A stretch of DNA of 64,000 nt from positions 64,001-128,000 of the forward strand of contig CAXXUA010000011.1 of assembly GCA_963663765.2 (NCBI GenBank), written 5' to 3'. Positions 1 through 10,589 of the stretch are shown piece after piece. Position 1 is the stretch's first letter. Each line of letters starts with the position of its first letter. The DNA comes from Candidatus Poribacteria bacterium. Lineage in GTDB: Bacteria; Poribacteria; WGA-4E; WGA-3G. A model generated the notes under the pieces. It worked only from the letters and a program-made list of their open reading frames with translations, did not search any database and was not told the DNA's origin. Both the position numbers and the translations under genes were made by a program.

Positions 1-1
1 T

Positions 2-1588
2 ACAGAACTTGTTAGTCAGTTCGAAGATGGTAGTAGATTAGGGTCAATCGCATTTTCACCCGACAACCAAATAATTGCTTCCATTAAGTGTTCAGACTCA
101 GGAAACAATATGCAGTCTATAATAGTATGGGATGTCCAAAGCAGCGAACAAATTACTTGTCTCTCGAATCATAACAACTCTATCTATAGTATCTGTTTTT
201 CACCGTGTGGAAAGTTTCTTACATCTGGTGGCGAAGGAAGCGGAACAGTCTGTGTTTGGAATATTAAGAACTGGCAACAGGTAGAGGTATATACATGTTA
301 CGGTAATTCTCACATGATCCCTTCCTATACACCGGAAGGGATTCTCCATGCCGCAGCTGTATCTGACAAGGATTATACCGTGACTGTATGGGAATTGGAA
401 AACAAAGAAAAACTGTACACCGCTAATTCAGAAGGAACAATGACTTTTGAAAATGGTTCCCAGTTAGCTTATCAATATGGACATGAATACTTAGAAGTTT
501 GGACTATGAATAACCCACAACCACGTCGAACCGTTCATACACATGTTTCATTTGTAAATACATCTGAATCAATGACATTTTCCCCAGATGGAAAAACAAT
601 CGCGGTGGAGTATGCGTGTGGCGACGCGTTGTTTTGGAATGTTGAAAGCAAACGTTCGCGACCTGTAATCAACTTAAAATCTCGAAATAAAAAACAACAC
701 CTTTATGTATCTCCTCACGATGAATACCATATCACTACTATTGACAGTAACGTTGTCACACTCTGGAATGTTGGTAATAGTGTGGTAACAGTTGGAACGG
801 TTACTGGTCATGCAGACGAATGGTCTCGTCCAGCTGTTGCACCACTCGCTAACCTGCTTGCATGTGCAGATAAAGATGCCACAATAAGTGTGTGGGACAT
901 ACAATGTGGAAAACAACTATGTAAGTTCAAACTGCATCATGGTAAACATAATCCTGATGATATTCCAGACGATCTTTCTTTCTCTTTGGAGTTCAGTCCA
1001 GATGCGAGATTCCTCACGATTGCCGAACATTACTATTATTATAGTATGCTGTGGGATGTAGAAAACAATACTGAAATAATTGCTTTTCCAAGTGATATAA
1101 TTTCGGATATATTCGGTTATTCACCTTGTGGCCAGTATCTTGCGTGCAGTATCAGCAAAAAAGGAACATTACTGTGGGATATAGAAAAACAAAAGATCTG
1201 TTTAGAATTGCAGAATATTTTTCCACTTCCAACGACATTTTCTCCATGTGGAAGGTATTTGGCATGCAGCGGTGATGAAATGTTTTTTTATGACTTGAGA
1301 CAGCATGAAATTCATGTTCGGTTATCTCTACCACAAGAGTGTGAACGTATGTATGCAACAGCATTTTCCGCGTGTGGTAACTACTTTGCTGCTGGTGCTT
1401 GGTGGAAACAAGGTATGGAGAAGATGCCTATCTGTTTGTGGGAAGTAGAGACTGGTAAGCGCATTGTTACCTTTTGGGGACACGCTACAGATGTGCAGGC
1501 ACTTGCATTTTCCCCTGATAACAAACTATTAGCGAGTGCAAGTTATGACGGTTCAATCTTGCTTTGGGATTTGACTCCATACTTATAG
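2..1588 (+). CDS. WD40-repeat beta-propeller protein (5' partial)
   Basis: Repeated FSPxG...LWD/W units. The frame is open from the window start (TELVSQFEDGSRLGSIAFSPDNQ...), so the true start is upstream of the ATG at 110. Confidence 0.9.
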   Translation, partial: TELVSQFEDGSRLGSIAFSPDNQIIASIKCSDSGNNMQSIIVWDVQSSEQITCLSNHNNSIYSICFSPCGKFLTSGGEGSGTVCVWNIKNWQQVEVYTCYGNSHMIPSYTPEGILHAAAVSDKDYTVTVWELENKEKLYTANSEGTMTFENGSQLAYQYGHEYLEVWTMNNPQPRRTVHTHVSFVNTSESMTFSPDGKTIAVEYACGDALFWNVESKRSRPVINLKSRNKKQHLYVSPHDEYHITTIDSNVVTLWNVGNSVVTVGTVTGHADEWSRPAVAPLANLLACADKDATISVWDIQCGKQLCKFKLHHGKHNPDDIPDDLSFSLEFSPDARFLTIAEHYYYYSMLWDVENNTEIIAFPSDIISDIFGYSPCGQYLACSISKKGTLLWDIEKQKICLELQNIFPLPTTFSPCGRYLACSGDEMFFYDLRQHEIHVRLSLPQECERMYATAFSACGNYFAAGAWWKQGMEKMPICLWEVETGKRIVTFWGHATDVQALAFSPDNKLLASASYDGSILLWDLTPYL

Positions 1589-1695
1589 ACTCGGTTTTTG
1601 GAAGTTCATAATTAGAGTTTGAAAGTAATTCCTATTGGAAGAAGATGGAAAGTTTTTGAGTAATAATCATTTTTGTTCTGAATTATGACATTTTA

Positions 1696-1724
1696 GCAAC
1701 CCATCCACTGAAAAATTGTGTCAC
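1696..1724 (+). promoter_or_regulatory. putative ECF-type promoter GCAACC-N17-TGTCAC
   Basis: Same motif and spacing upstream of three sigma-WD40 paralogs; resembles the ECF -35 AAC / -10 CGT pattern. Confidence 0.6.
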
Positions 1725-1761
1725 TATAATTGTATCCCTAAAATGAACATTGAGGTGTCGG

Positions 1762-4599
1762 ATGGAAAAAGATGACGTTAAACTAATCCACAGGACATTA
1801 TCAGGTGACGATACTGCTTTCAGTGAGTTAGTCCAAAAATACCAAAAAAGTGTTCACGCCCTTGCCTGGCGTAAAATAGGTGATTTCCATATAGCAGAAG
1901 AAATCACACAAGACACTTTTCTGCAGGCGTATAAAAAACTTGCAGCATTGAAAAATCCTAATCAGTTTGCTGGATGGTTATATGTAATCGCAGATAGACG
2001 TTGTAAAGCATGGTTTCGAAAAAAGCGAATTCATACACAATCGCTTGAAGCTACCAGTAAAGAAACATTAGAAAAAAGTGCTTATGCAGACTATGACCGT
2101 GAACAGCGCGAAGACGCAGCCGTTGAACACCGCCGACAAATTGTGCAAAAGCTCATGGAAAAACTACCAGAAAGCGAACGCACGGTAATGGTATTGCATT
2201 ACCTCGGAGAAATGAGTTGTGTAGCGATTAGCAAGTTTTTAGGTGTATCTCCCAACACAGTAAAAAGTCGACTTAAACGTGGACGAGAACGTCTGAAAAG
2301 TGAAGAATCCCTAATTCGCGAAACGCTTGGAAGTGTGCCATTATCTCCAAATCTAACTGAAAACATCATGAGGCGCATTGACACAGTGAAACAACCATCT
2401 CCATCAGGAAGTAAGCCATTGGCACCATTTGCAGCATTAGGCGCATCTGCTATTTTGGTTATTTTACTGATGGGCGCGAGCAAACAACTCATCACAAATT
2501 TTCAGCAGCCATATAGTGTTGATGCAAAATCAGAAACTACAATTGAAATTGTTGACGCGCCGATTGTTCTGAATCTTCACTCAAAACCCAAATTGCAAAA
2601 CCGGGTTGGTGGTTCTAATCGCAGCATAAACAGTAACAACGGTCTAACAAAAGGAACAAACAAAGTGGAAAACAACTCAGCACAAGATGTTATGCAATGG
2701 AACTTACCAGAAAGTGCTAAAGCGCGACTCGGAAAAGGTAGGATATACGAAATCCAGTATTCACCCGATGGCAAGTTGCTTGCTGTTGCGAGCGGTATTG
2801 GTGTCTGGCTCTACGACACAACAACACGTCAAGAGGTGAATCTGCTCACAGAGCAAACGAGTGTAGTCGACTGCCTTGCGTTTAGTCCGGATGGACGCAC
2901 ATTTGCGAGTGGAAGTAAGGATGGTACCATTATCCTGTGGGATAGCAACACGGGGACGCAAAAAACGCTTAACGCGCACATAGGTTTAGTATCAGACTTG
3001 AACATTGCATATAGTCCGGATGGAAAAACAATTGCAAGTGGAATTGACGATACTATCCGATTATGGAGTGTTATCACAGGAGAACTAATATCTACGGTTA
3101 CCAGTCCTGCAATTCAGTTCAATAACTTCTTATCTTTTACACTAAATGGTGAAACAATTGTATGTGGGAATTGGGACGGAGATATCAGTCTTTGGAATTC
3201 GCTCACCGGTGAACATAAGATAACAATTCATAGACACACAGACACAGATTCCACATGGAGGTTTGCGCTCAGTCCTGATGGGAAAACACTCGCTATGGGC
3301 AGTCCGGACGAGGCACAAAATGGTACCATCTATCTTTATGATTTAAACACAGGTGAACTCAAATCTACTCTTACTGGACATTTTGATGAGAAACATAATG
3401 GCACCATCTATCTTTACGACTTAAACACAGGTAAACTCAAACCTACGCTTGCTGGACATTTTGTGGATGGACTTTTTGAGGATGTTGAATATATGGTATT
3501 CAGTCCGGATGGAAAAACATTCGCAGGTTCATCATATTATGGGATAATCGGTCTATGGGATGTGCACACTGGTGAACACAAGCTGACACTCACAGGACAT
3601 ACGTACAGTATTCGCGATATAGTGTTCAGTCCAGATGGGAAAACATTCGTGAGTGGAAGCGATGACAGTACCATTCGCTTTTGGGATGCGCGCACGGGTA
3701 ACCTCCAAAATATAATCACTGGGCATTTTGAAAATGTTGATAAAGTGGTGTTCAATTCTAATGGTCGTTTTTATATAAGTGCAAATCTGCTTGCTATTCG
3801 CGTGTGGGATGCAGACACAGGAGAACACATCAAAAAGTTAGAATTTCCGAATGGCGGAGATATTATAGGTATCACTCCAGCTGGAAAAATAGTTGCTAGA
3901 CAATATTCAAGCGATGGTAAGGACACGACCATCCTTCTATGGAATGTTCACGCTAACGAACACAAAATGCTATTCGCTGGACATAGGTGGGGTCCTATCG
4001 GCATGGAGCTTAGTATGGCACTCAGTCCTGATGGTAAAACTCTCGCTACTGAAAATAAAGACAATACCGTACGGCTATGGGATTTACACACTGGCGAACA
4101 CAAAAAAACACTGACTGGGCATACGGATTGGGTTAAGACCATAGTGTTCAGTTCTGATAATGAAACCCTCGCAAGTGGCAGTGACGACAATACGATACGA
4201 TTGTGGGATGCTATAACTGGTAAGACTAAGATGATACTTACTGGGTATACAGAGCCGGTTGAAACCGTATCGTTCAGTCCTGATGGAAAAACCCTCGCAA
4301 GTGAAGACGGCCACGGGATAATCCAACTATGGGATATAGACACTGGGAAAACCAAATTTACACTTGTTGGGCATACAGATAGGGTGTACAGTTTAGCGTT
4401 CAGTCCTGATGGAAAGACCATCGCAAGTGGGAGCATGGACAATGACATCCGCCTCTGGGATACACACACCGGTGAGCATAAGAAATCACTTACGGGTCAT
4501 ACAGATCACGTTAACAGTGTCGCCTTCAGTCCTGATGGTAAAACGTTGGTTAGTGGCAGTGACGATGGTTCTGTGCTTCTCTGGGAGGTAGATCCCTAA
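1762..4599 (+). CDS. ECF sigma-70 factor fused to TM helix and WD40 repeats
   Basis: Sigma region 2 (IAEEITQDTFLQAY, FAGWLYVIA), region 4 (LPESER...LGVSPNTVKSRLKRGR), hydrophobic LAPFAALGASAILVILLMG, then about 14 WD repeats. GAGG RBS before ATG 1762. Confidence 0.92.
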   Translation: MEKDDVKLIHRTLSGDDTAFSELVQKYQKSVHALAWRKIGDFHIAEEITQDTFLQAYKKLAALKNPNQFAGWLYVIADRRCKAWFRKKRIHTQSLEATSKETLEKSAYADYDREQREDAAVEHRRQIVQKLMEKLPESERTVMVLHYLGEMSCVAISKFLGVSPNTVKSRLKRGRERLKSEESLIRETLGSVPLSPNLTENIMRRIDTVKQPSPSGSKPLAPFAALGASAILVILLMGASKQLITNFQQPYSVDAKSETTIEIVDAPIVLNLHSKPKLQNRVGGSNRSINSNNGLTKGTNKVENNSAQDVMQWNLPESAKARLGKGRIYEIQYSPDGKLLAVASGIGVWLYDTTTRQEVNLLTEQTSVVDCLAFSPDGRTFASGSKDGTIILWDSNTGTQKTLNAHIGLVSDLNIAYSPDGKTIASGIDDTIRLWSVITGELISTVTSPAIQFNNFLSFTLNGETIVCGNWDGDISLWNSLTGEHKITIHRHTDTDSTWRFALSPDGKTLAMGSPDEAQNGTIYLYDLNTGELKSTLTGHFDEKHNGTIYLYDLNTGKLKPTLAGHFVDGLFEDVEYMVFSPDGKTFAGSSYYGIIGLWDVHTGEHKLTLTGHTYSIRDIVFSPDGKTFVSGSDDSTIRFWDARTGNLQNIITGHFENVDKVVFNSNGRFYISANLLAIRVWDADTGEHIKKLEFPNGGDIIGITPAGKIVARQYSSDGKDTTILLWNVHANEHKMLFAGHRWGPIGMELSMALSPDGKTLATENKDNTVRLWDLHTGEHKKTLTGHTDWVKTIVFSSDNETLASGSDDNTIRLWDAITGKTKMILTGYTEPVETVSFSPDGKTLASEDGHGIIQLWDIDTGKTKFTLVGHTDRVYSLAFSPDGKTIASGSMDNDIRLWDTHTGEHKKSLTGHTDHVNSVAFSPDGKTLVSGSDDGSVLLWEVDP

Positions 4600-4672
4600 T
4601 GTCTTCAATCATAATATCTGCGTTGGTAATAGCACAATTCATTGTTCGTGTTATGTACTCTGTGACAATTCT

Positions 4673-4701
4673 GCAACCTATTTGCCGAAGAAACGCGTCA
4701 C
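4673..4701 (+). promoter_or_regulatory. putative ECF-type promoter GCAACC-N17-CGTCAC
   Basis: Second copy of the conserved motif, identical spacing. Confidence 0.6.
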
Positions 4702-4745
4702 CGATAATTATAATTGTAAGACAAAATTGATGATGGAGGTGTCGG

Positions 4746-7463
4746 ATGGAAAAAGATGACGTTAAATTAATCCACAGGACATTATCAGGTGACGATACTG
4801 CTTTCAGTGAGTTAGTCCAAAAATACCAAAAAAGTGTTCACGCCCTTGCCTGGCGTAAAATCGGTGATTTCCATATCGCTGAAGAAATCACACAAGACAC
4901 TTTTCTGCAGGCGTATAAAAAACTTGCAGCATTGAAAAATCCTAATCAGTTTGCTGGATGGTTGTATGTAATCGCAGATAGACGTTGCAAAGCATGGTTT
5001 CGAAAAAAGCGATTTCATACACAATCGCTTGAAGCTACCAGTGAAGAAACATTAGAGAAAAGTGCTTATGCAGACTATGTGTGTGAACAGCGCGAAGACG
5101 CAGCCGTTGAACACCGCCGACAAATTGTGCTAAAACTCATGGAAAAACTACCAGAGAGCGAACGCACGGTTATGGTATTGCATTACCTCGGAGAAATGAG
5201 TTGTGTAGCGATTAGCAAGTTTTTAGGTGTATCTCCCAATACAGTAAAAAGTCGACTTAAACGTGGACGAGAACGTTTACAGAATGAAGAATCCCTAATT
5301 CGCAAAACGCTTGGTAGTGTGCCATTATCTCCAAATCTAACTGAAAACATCATGCGGCGTATTGCCACAATCAAACAACCATCTCCATCAGGAAGTAAGC
5401 CATTGGCACCATTTGCAGCATTAGGAGCATCTGCTATTTTGGTTATTTTGCTTATGGGCGCGAGCAAGCAACTCATCACAAATTTTCAGCAGCCATATAG
5501 TCTTGATGCTAAATCAGAAACAACAATTGAAATTGTTGACGCGCCGATTGTTCTGAATCTTCACTCAAAACCAAAATTGCAAAACCGGGTTGATGGTGCT
5601 AATCGCAGCAAAAACAGTAACAACGGTCTAACAAAAGGAACAAACAAAGTGGAAAACAACTCAGCACAAGATGTTATGCAATGGAACCTACCTGAAGATG
5701 CTAAAGCGCGTCTCAGTAAAGGGTATATAGCCGATATAAAATATTCTCCTGATGGTAAGTTTCTGGCTGTTGCAAGTGGCATCGGTATTTGGCTTTACGA
5801 TGTGACAGTACATCAAGAGGCAAGTCTAATCACAGGAAATACGAGTTTTCAAAACGACTGCCTTGCCTTCAGTACGGATGGACGTACCTTAGCGAGTGGA
5901 AATGTTGATGGCACTATTACTCTGTATGATATAATCGCAGGGACGCAAAAAACGCTCATTGGGCATAATGGAGAATATATCACATGTATAGCACTCAGTC
6001 CGGATGGCAAAATACTTGCGAGTAGTAATCGGGAAGGCACTATCCGATTATGGAATGCTATCACTGGAGAGGCGAAGTTTACTCTCATGAATGATGTGGG
6101 TCATAATTTTTCATTCACACCAGATAGCAATGCCATTGTGGTTGTAAGTAGTGAAGACAAGATCAATCTGTGGAATTTGAACACAGGTGAGCACAAGAAA
6201 ACTTTTGCTTTGCACCCTGATTGTGCTGCTATAGGTGTAGCGTTCAGCTCAGATGGAACAACAGTCGCTGTTGGTAGTGTAAATGGCACTGTCTACCTTT
6301 ATGATATAAACACAGGCGAACTGAAGATGATCCTCTCTGAGCATAAGGATCACGTTATCCACTTAGCATTTAGCCCTGATGGAAAAGGACTTGCTACTAC
6401 GTCTTATGAAGATGAAACAATCTGTCTATGGGATGTACACACTGGTACACACAGGAGAATACTCACCGAACACCCGCGATGTGCAGGGAGCGGGGGTTTA
6501 ACGTTCAGTCCGGATGGAAAAACAATTGCGAGTGGAGGTGGCGATGGCACCATACGGTTCTGGGATGTCCACACCGGCAACACGAAAGAGATATTCACTG
6601 GTCATTCGCAGGAGGTCCGCAGTGTGGCATTCAATCCGAATGGGAACTATATCGCAAGTGGGTGCGCTAGTGGAATTATTCGTCTGTGGGATGCGGATAC
6701 ATGGCAACCCATAAGAACACTTAACGAGCCTAAAAATGGGCAGATAGAATCGGCTTATAGTATAGTGTTCAGTCCAGATGGAAAAACTCTATTTTGTGGG
6801 ACTGACGATGACATCCACCTCTGGGATGCACACACTGGCGAACACAAATTGATGTTTACTGGACATACCGGTTTTGTTAAGCATATAACACTCAGTTTGG
6901 ACGGAAATATACTTGCAAGTGAAGATGGCGATACTATCCACCTCTGGGATGCACACACTGGCGAACATAATAGAACACTCATTGGACATAATAAGTCGAT
7001 CAGTAGTATCGCGTTCAGTCCGGATGGAAAAATCCTCGCAAGCGGAAGTCTGGATGAAACTATTCGTCTCTGGGATGTTGCAACTGGGAAAAATAAAATG
7101 TTACTTACTGAGCATAATGACTGGGTGGAAGGTTTAGCGTTCAGTCCGGATGGAAAAATCCTCGCAAGTGGAGGTAATGATGCGATAATCCACCTATGGG
7201 ATACAAACACATGGAAAATCAAATATACACTTAACGGACATCCATTTTTGATGTGCTTAAGGTTCAGTCCTAATGGTAAAACTTTAGCAAGTGGCTGTGG
7301 TGACGGCACTATTCAATTATGGGATGCCCAGACCTGCGAACATAAGAAAACACTCACGGGTCATATCACTCATGTCAATAGTATCGCATTTAGTCCGGAT
7401 GGAAAAACGCTTGTTAGCGGTAGTAGTAATGGTTCTGTGCTTCTTTGGGAAATAAATCCCTAA
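4746..7463 (+). CDS. ECF sigma-70 factor fused to TM helix and WD40 repeats
   Basis: First ~315 aa nearly identical to the previous gene; WD40 region divergent; GGAGG RBS. Confidence 0.92.
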   Translation: MEKDDVKLIHRTLSGDDTAFSELVQKYQKSVHALAWRKIGDFHIAEEITQDTFLQAYKKLAALKNPNQFAGWLYVIADRRCKAWFRKKRFHTQSLEATSEETLEKSAYADYVCEQREDAAVEHRRQIVLKLMEKLPESERTVMVLHYLGEMSCVAISKFLGVSPNTVKSRLKRGRERLQNEESLIRKTLGSVPLSPNLTENIMRRIATIKQPSPSGSKPLAPFAALGASAILVILLMGASKQLITNFQQPYSLDAKSETTIEIVDAPIVLNLHSKPKLQNRVDGANRSKNSNNGLTKGTNKVENNSAQDVMQWNLPEDAKARLSKGYIADIKYSPDGKFLAVASGIGIWLYDVTVHQEASLITGNTSFQNDCLAFSTDGRTLASGNVDGTITLYDIIAGTQKTLIGHNGEYITCIALSPDGKILASSNREGTIRLWNAITGEAKFTLMNDVGHNFSFTPDSNAIVVVSSEDKINLWNLNTGEHKKTFALHPDCAAIGVAFSSDGTTVAVGSVNGTVYLYDINTGELKMILSEHKDHVIHLAFSPDGKGLATTSYEDETICLWDVHTGTHRRILTEHPRCAGSGGLTFSPDGKTIASGGGDGTIRFWDVHTGNTKEIFTGHSQEVRSVAFNPNGNYIASGCASGIIRLWDADTWQPIRTLNEPKNGQIESAYSIVFSPDGKTLFCGTDDDIHLWDAHTGEHKLMFTGHTGFVKHITLSLDGNILASEDGDTIHLWDAHTGEHNRTLIGHNKSISSIAFSPDGKILASGSLDETIRLWDVATGKNKMLLTEHNDWVEGLAFSPDGKILASGGNDAIIHLWDTNTWKIKYTLNGHPFLMCLRFSPNGKTLASGCGDGTIQLWDAQTCEHKKTLTGHITHVNSIAFSPDGKTLVSGSSNGSVLLWEINP

Positions 7464-7732
7464 ATTTCACTTGCCTAATGTTTAACGTGAGTTTGATAAA
7501 TCAGAATTTAGGACTCGATATAATACGCTAAATTAAGAAATCTACGGTATGAATCATGGAGCATACCACACGTGCATGCTTCTTTAGGCATTCCCCCTGT
7601 GGTATTCTCCATTGGTTAGGAAACCGCACTTAAGTCAATGTCATAGTAGTTTTGATTTCACTACAATCTTCATTCATAGGGAATGCAATAGTCCTATCAA
7701 GAATTACAGTAATTCTGAATTATGTCATTTAT

Positions 7733-7761
7733 GCAACCTTTCCACTGCATAATCGCGTCAC
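7733..7761 (+). promoter_or_regulatory. putative ECF-type promoter GCAACC-N17-CGTCAC
   Basis: Third copy of the conserved motif, identical spacing. Confidence 0.6.
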
Positions 7762-7800
7762 CTATTATTGTATGCATAAAATGAACATGGGTGGAATTTA

Positions 7801-10536
7801 ATGGAAAAAGACGACGTTCAATTGATTCAACAGATTTTGGTAGGTGATGAATCTGCTTTTGGTGATTTAGTCCAAAAACATCAAAAAAGTGTGCATGCAG
7901 TTGCATGGCGTGAAATTGGGGATTTTCATTTCGCTGAAGAAATTACGCAAGATGTCTTTCTTCAGGTCTACAAAAAATTACCTACGTTAAAAGACCAGAA
8001 CCTTTTTTCTGGTTGGCTCTATGTCATCACGAAAAGGCAGTGTATTGCATGGAAACGAAAGAACAAACAATCAATACGATCAGTGGATACCATGAATCAA
8101 GAAAGATTGGATGATACAGCCTATTCGCAGTATGTTTCAGAACAGCGAGAGGACGCAGCATCTGAATACCGTTATCAAATAGTGCAAAATTTACTGGAAA
8201 AACTTCCTGAGATTGAACGGACAGTCATGGTACTTCACTACCTTGGAGAAATGACGTGTGAGGCAATCGGTAAGTTCTTAGGTGTGTCACCGAACACAGT
8301 TAAAAGTCGTTTGAGTCGTGCGCGAAAACGTTTGAGGGAGGAGGATGCTATTTTACGCGAAACGCTTGGGAGTGTTTCACTATCTCCGAATCTGACACAG
8401 AATATCTTGGAAAAAATCAGAAACATTGAACAGACACCCCCTTCTGATAGTAAACCGCTGTTGCCTTTAGGGGCATTAGGATCTTCTATAGTCTTAATTG
8501 TTTTTCTTTTAGGAATGAGTAATCAATTCTTGACTCAATATCAGTTACCTTATAGTCTTGATGCACAATCAGAAACAACCATAGAAATTGTTGAAGCACC
8601 GATTATAACTGAAATTAAATCTACATCTGATGAACAAAAAAGAGTTGGTAGCAACACTTCACCTGGGAACAGTAGTAACAATGGTTTCCAAAAAGGAAAT
8701 AAAGAAATGCAGAACAATCTTCACCAAGATTCAACAAAATGGAAATTACCCGATGGAGCAAAAGCACGGTTAGGAAAGGGACACATATTTGATATGGCAT
8801 ATTCCCCTGATGGCAAACTGCTTGCTGCTGGAGGTACGATCGGAATTTGGTTATACGATGCAAACACAGGAAAAGAACTTAACCTGTTTGTGGAAAACAT
8901 GGAAAGTTCCGGAACTATCGCTTTCAGTCCGGACAGTCAACTTCTTGCTTCTAATGGTAGTGATAACGCTATCTTATTATGGAATCCCTTTACTGGAGAG
9001 CATAAGGCAACTCTAAAGGGGCATCAAGATAGTGTTAATTCCGTTGTGTTTAGTCCTGATGGTAAAACAATCGCGAGTGGAAGTGATGATGAGACAATTC
9101 GGTTTTGGAATGTTGCATCTGGGGAACTCCTACGAACCTTTGCTGGGCATGGGGGTGGTGTTTCTGAAGTCATCTATTCCCCAGATGGAAAAGTCCTTAT
9201 CAGTTATGGAAGTGATAAGATGATACACTTATGGAATGCTCAATCAGGAGAATTCATGCATACCCTTAACGGACATAAAGGCAGTATTTCTGAAATTTTA
9301 TTCTCTTATGACGGTAAGTATTTTGCAAGTGGTGGTGGGGATGGGAGAATACGGTTGTGGGAACTACATACAAGTCACGAGAAACCAACTTTAGAAATAG
9401 AAGCCACTTCAGCACTCCACGGTTTTCGTACAATAACATTCAGTCCAACTGATAGTATACTTGTCTGTTCAAATTACGGAGATGATGAAATTCAGTTTTG
9501 GGATGTAGAGACAGGTAAATTGCTCAAAACCATTGATAGTCCAGAGGATACAACCTATCATCTTGCATTGTCGCCAGATGGAAAGACACTTGTGAATGCA
9601 GGGGGTGACGGAACAATCCTGTTCTGGGATGTTGCTACTTCTAAATCTAAACTTACCCTAACTGGATATGCTGAGATGTTTAGGGATATGGCTTATTCAC
9701 CTGATGGTAGTACCCTTGTTACTGTAAGTAGCGGTCCGAGTCTTCGGTTATGGGACACCAACAGTGGCAAGCTAAAAAAGACTTACTATCCGGGTACGGT
9801 AAACATCACTTGTATTACTTTTGCACCGGATGGTGTGACACTTGCGTGTGGTCCTGGTCCATACGAATACGACACAGTATTTCTACTTAACACTGAAACG
9901 GGTGAATTTGGACGTATCTTCCAAGGTGACTATGAAGGTTTTGAATCAGTAGCATTTAGTTCTGATGGGAAGACGCTTGCAAGTGGCGATGACAATGGTA
10001 ACATCTATTTGTGGGATGTTGAAACGGGTGAAAAAGTAAGAATAATTGAATGGGAACAAGATATTGTCAGAACGGTGGAATTTTCACCAGATGGTGAAAC
10101 CCTTGTCAGTACCAATGATTCAAAAGTCTGTTTTTGGGATATAAACACTGGCAAGTCGGTAAAAACAATTACTGCGACTTCAATTGTTATCTCACCAGGA
10201 TGGGATAAGTTTGTATGTGTTAATTGGGTAAAGGGTGGTACTACGCAGTTTTGGAATATGGGGGATGACGAACCAGTTAAGACCATCACACCGGAAGAAA
10301 GAACCTATTTTCAGGAGTATTCACCAGATGGAAAAACAATTGTGGGTACCGGTCCCAGAGAAACTATATCATTTTGGGATGCTAATACTCATGAGGTATT
10401 GCATACGATTTCTGATGAACATAAAAAAAGTTCAAGGTACGAGCGTACTTATTTTGTTAGGTATTCACCGGATGGACGCACCATTGCAACCGCAGGATGG
10501 GACAGCACTGTGCTGTTATGGGATGCTCCACGTTAA
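7801..10536 (+). CDS. ECF sigma-70 factor fused to TM helix and WD40 repeats
   Basis: Sigma 2/4 motifs (FAEEITQDVFLQVY; TVKSRLSRAR), TM LLPLGALGSSIVLIVFLLGM, WD repeats. Confidence 0.92.
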   Translation: MEKDDVQLIQQILVGDESAFGDLVQKHQKSVHAVAWREIGDFHFAEEITQDVFLQVYKKLPTLKDQNLFSGWLYVITKRQCIAWKRKNKQSIRSVDTMNQERLDDTAYSQYVSEQREDAASEYRYQIVQNLLEKLPEIERTVMVLHYLGEMTCEAIGKFLGVSPNTVKSRLSRARKRLREEDAILRETLGSVSLSPNLTQNILEKIRNIEQTPPSDSKPLLPLGALGSSIVLIVFLLGMSNQFLTQYQLPYSLDAQSETTIEIVEAPIITEIKSTSDEQKRVGSNTSPGNSSNNGFQKGNKEMQNNLHQDSTKWKLPDGAKARLGKGHIFDMAYSPDGKLLAAGGTIGIWLYDANTGKELNLFVENMESSGTIAFSPDSQLLASNGSDNAILLWNPFTGEHKATLKGHQDSVNSVVFSPDGKTIASGSDDETIRFWNVASGELLRTFAGHGGGVSEVIYSPDGKVLISYGSDKMIHLWNAQSGEFMHTLNGHKGSISEILFSYDGKYFASGGGDGRIRLWELHTSHEKPTLEIEATSALHGFRTITFSPTDSILVCSNYGDDEIQFWDVETGKLLKTIDSPEDTTYHLALSPDGKTLVNAGGDGTILFWDVATSKSKLTLTGYAEMFRDMAYSPDGSTLVTVSSGPSLRLWDTNSGKLKKTYYPGTVNITCITFAPDGVTLACGPGPYEYDTVFLLNTETGEFGRIFQGDYEGFESVAFSSDGKTLASGDDNGNIYLWDVETGEKVRIIEWEQDIVRTVEFSPDGETLVSTNDSKVCFWDINTGKSVKTITATSIVISPGWDKFVCVNWVKGGTTQFWNMGDDEPVKTITPEERTYFQEYSPDGKTIVGTGPRETISFWDANTHEVLHTISDEHKKSSRYERTYFVRYSPDGRTIATAGWDSTVLLWDAPR

Positions 10537-10589
10537 TTTTATATATATAAACTCTAAGGCAACACAAATCCTAAGGAACCCACAATCAG

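Noticed and set aside
1762-7463. Diversity-generating retroelement acting on the WD40 paralogs
   Set aside because: No reverse transcriptase in the window; the differences I inspected in the shared region are not adenine-specific and are often synonymous.
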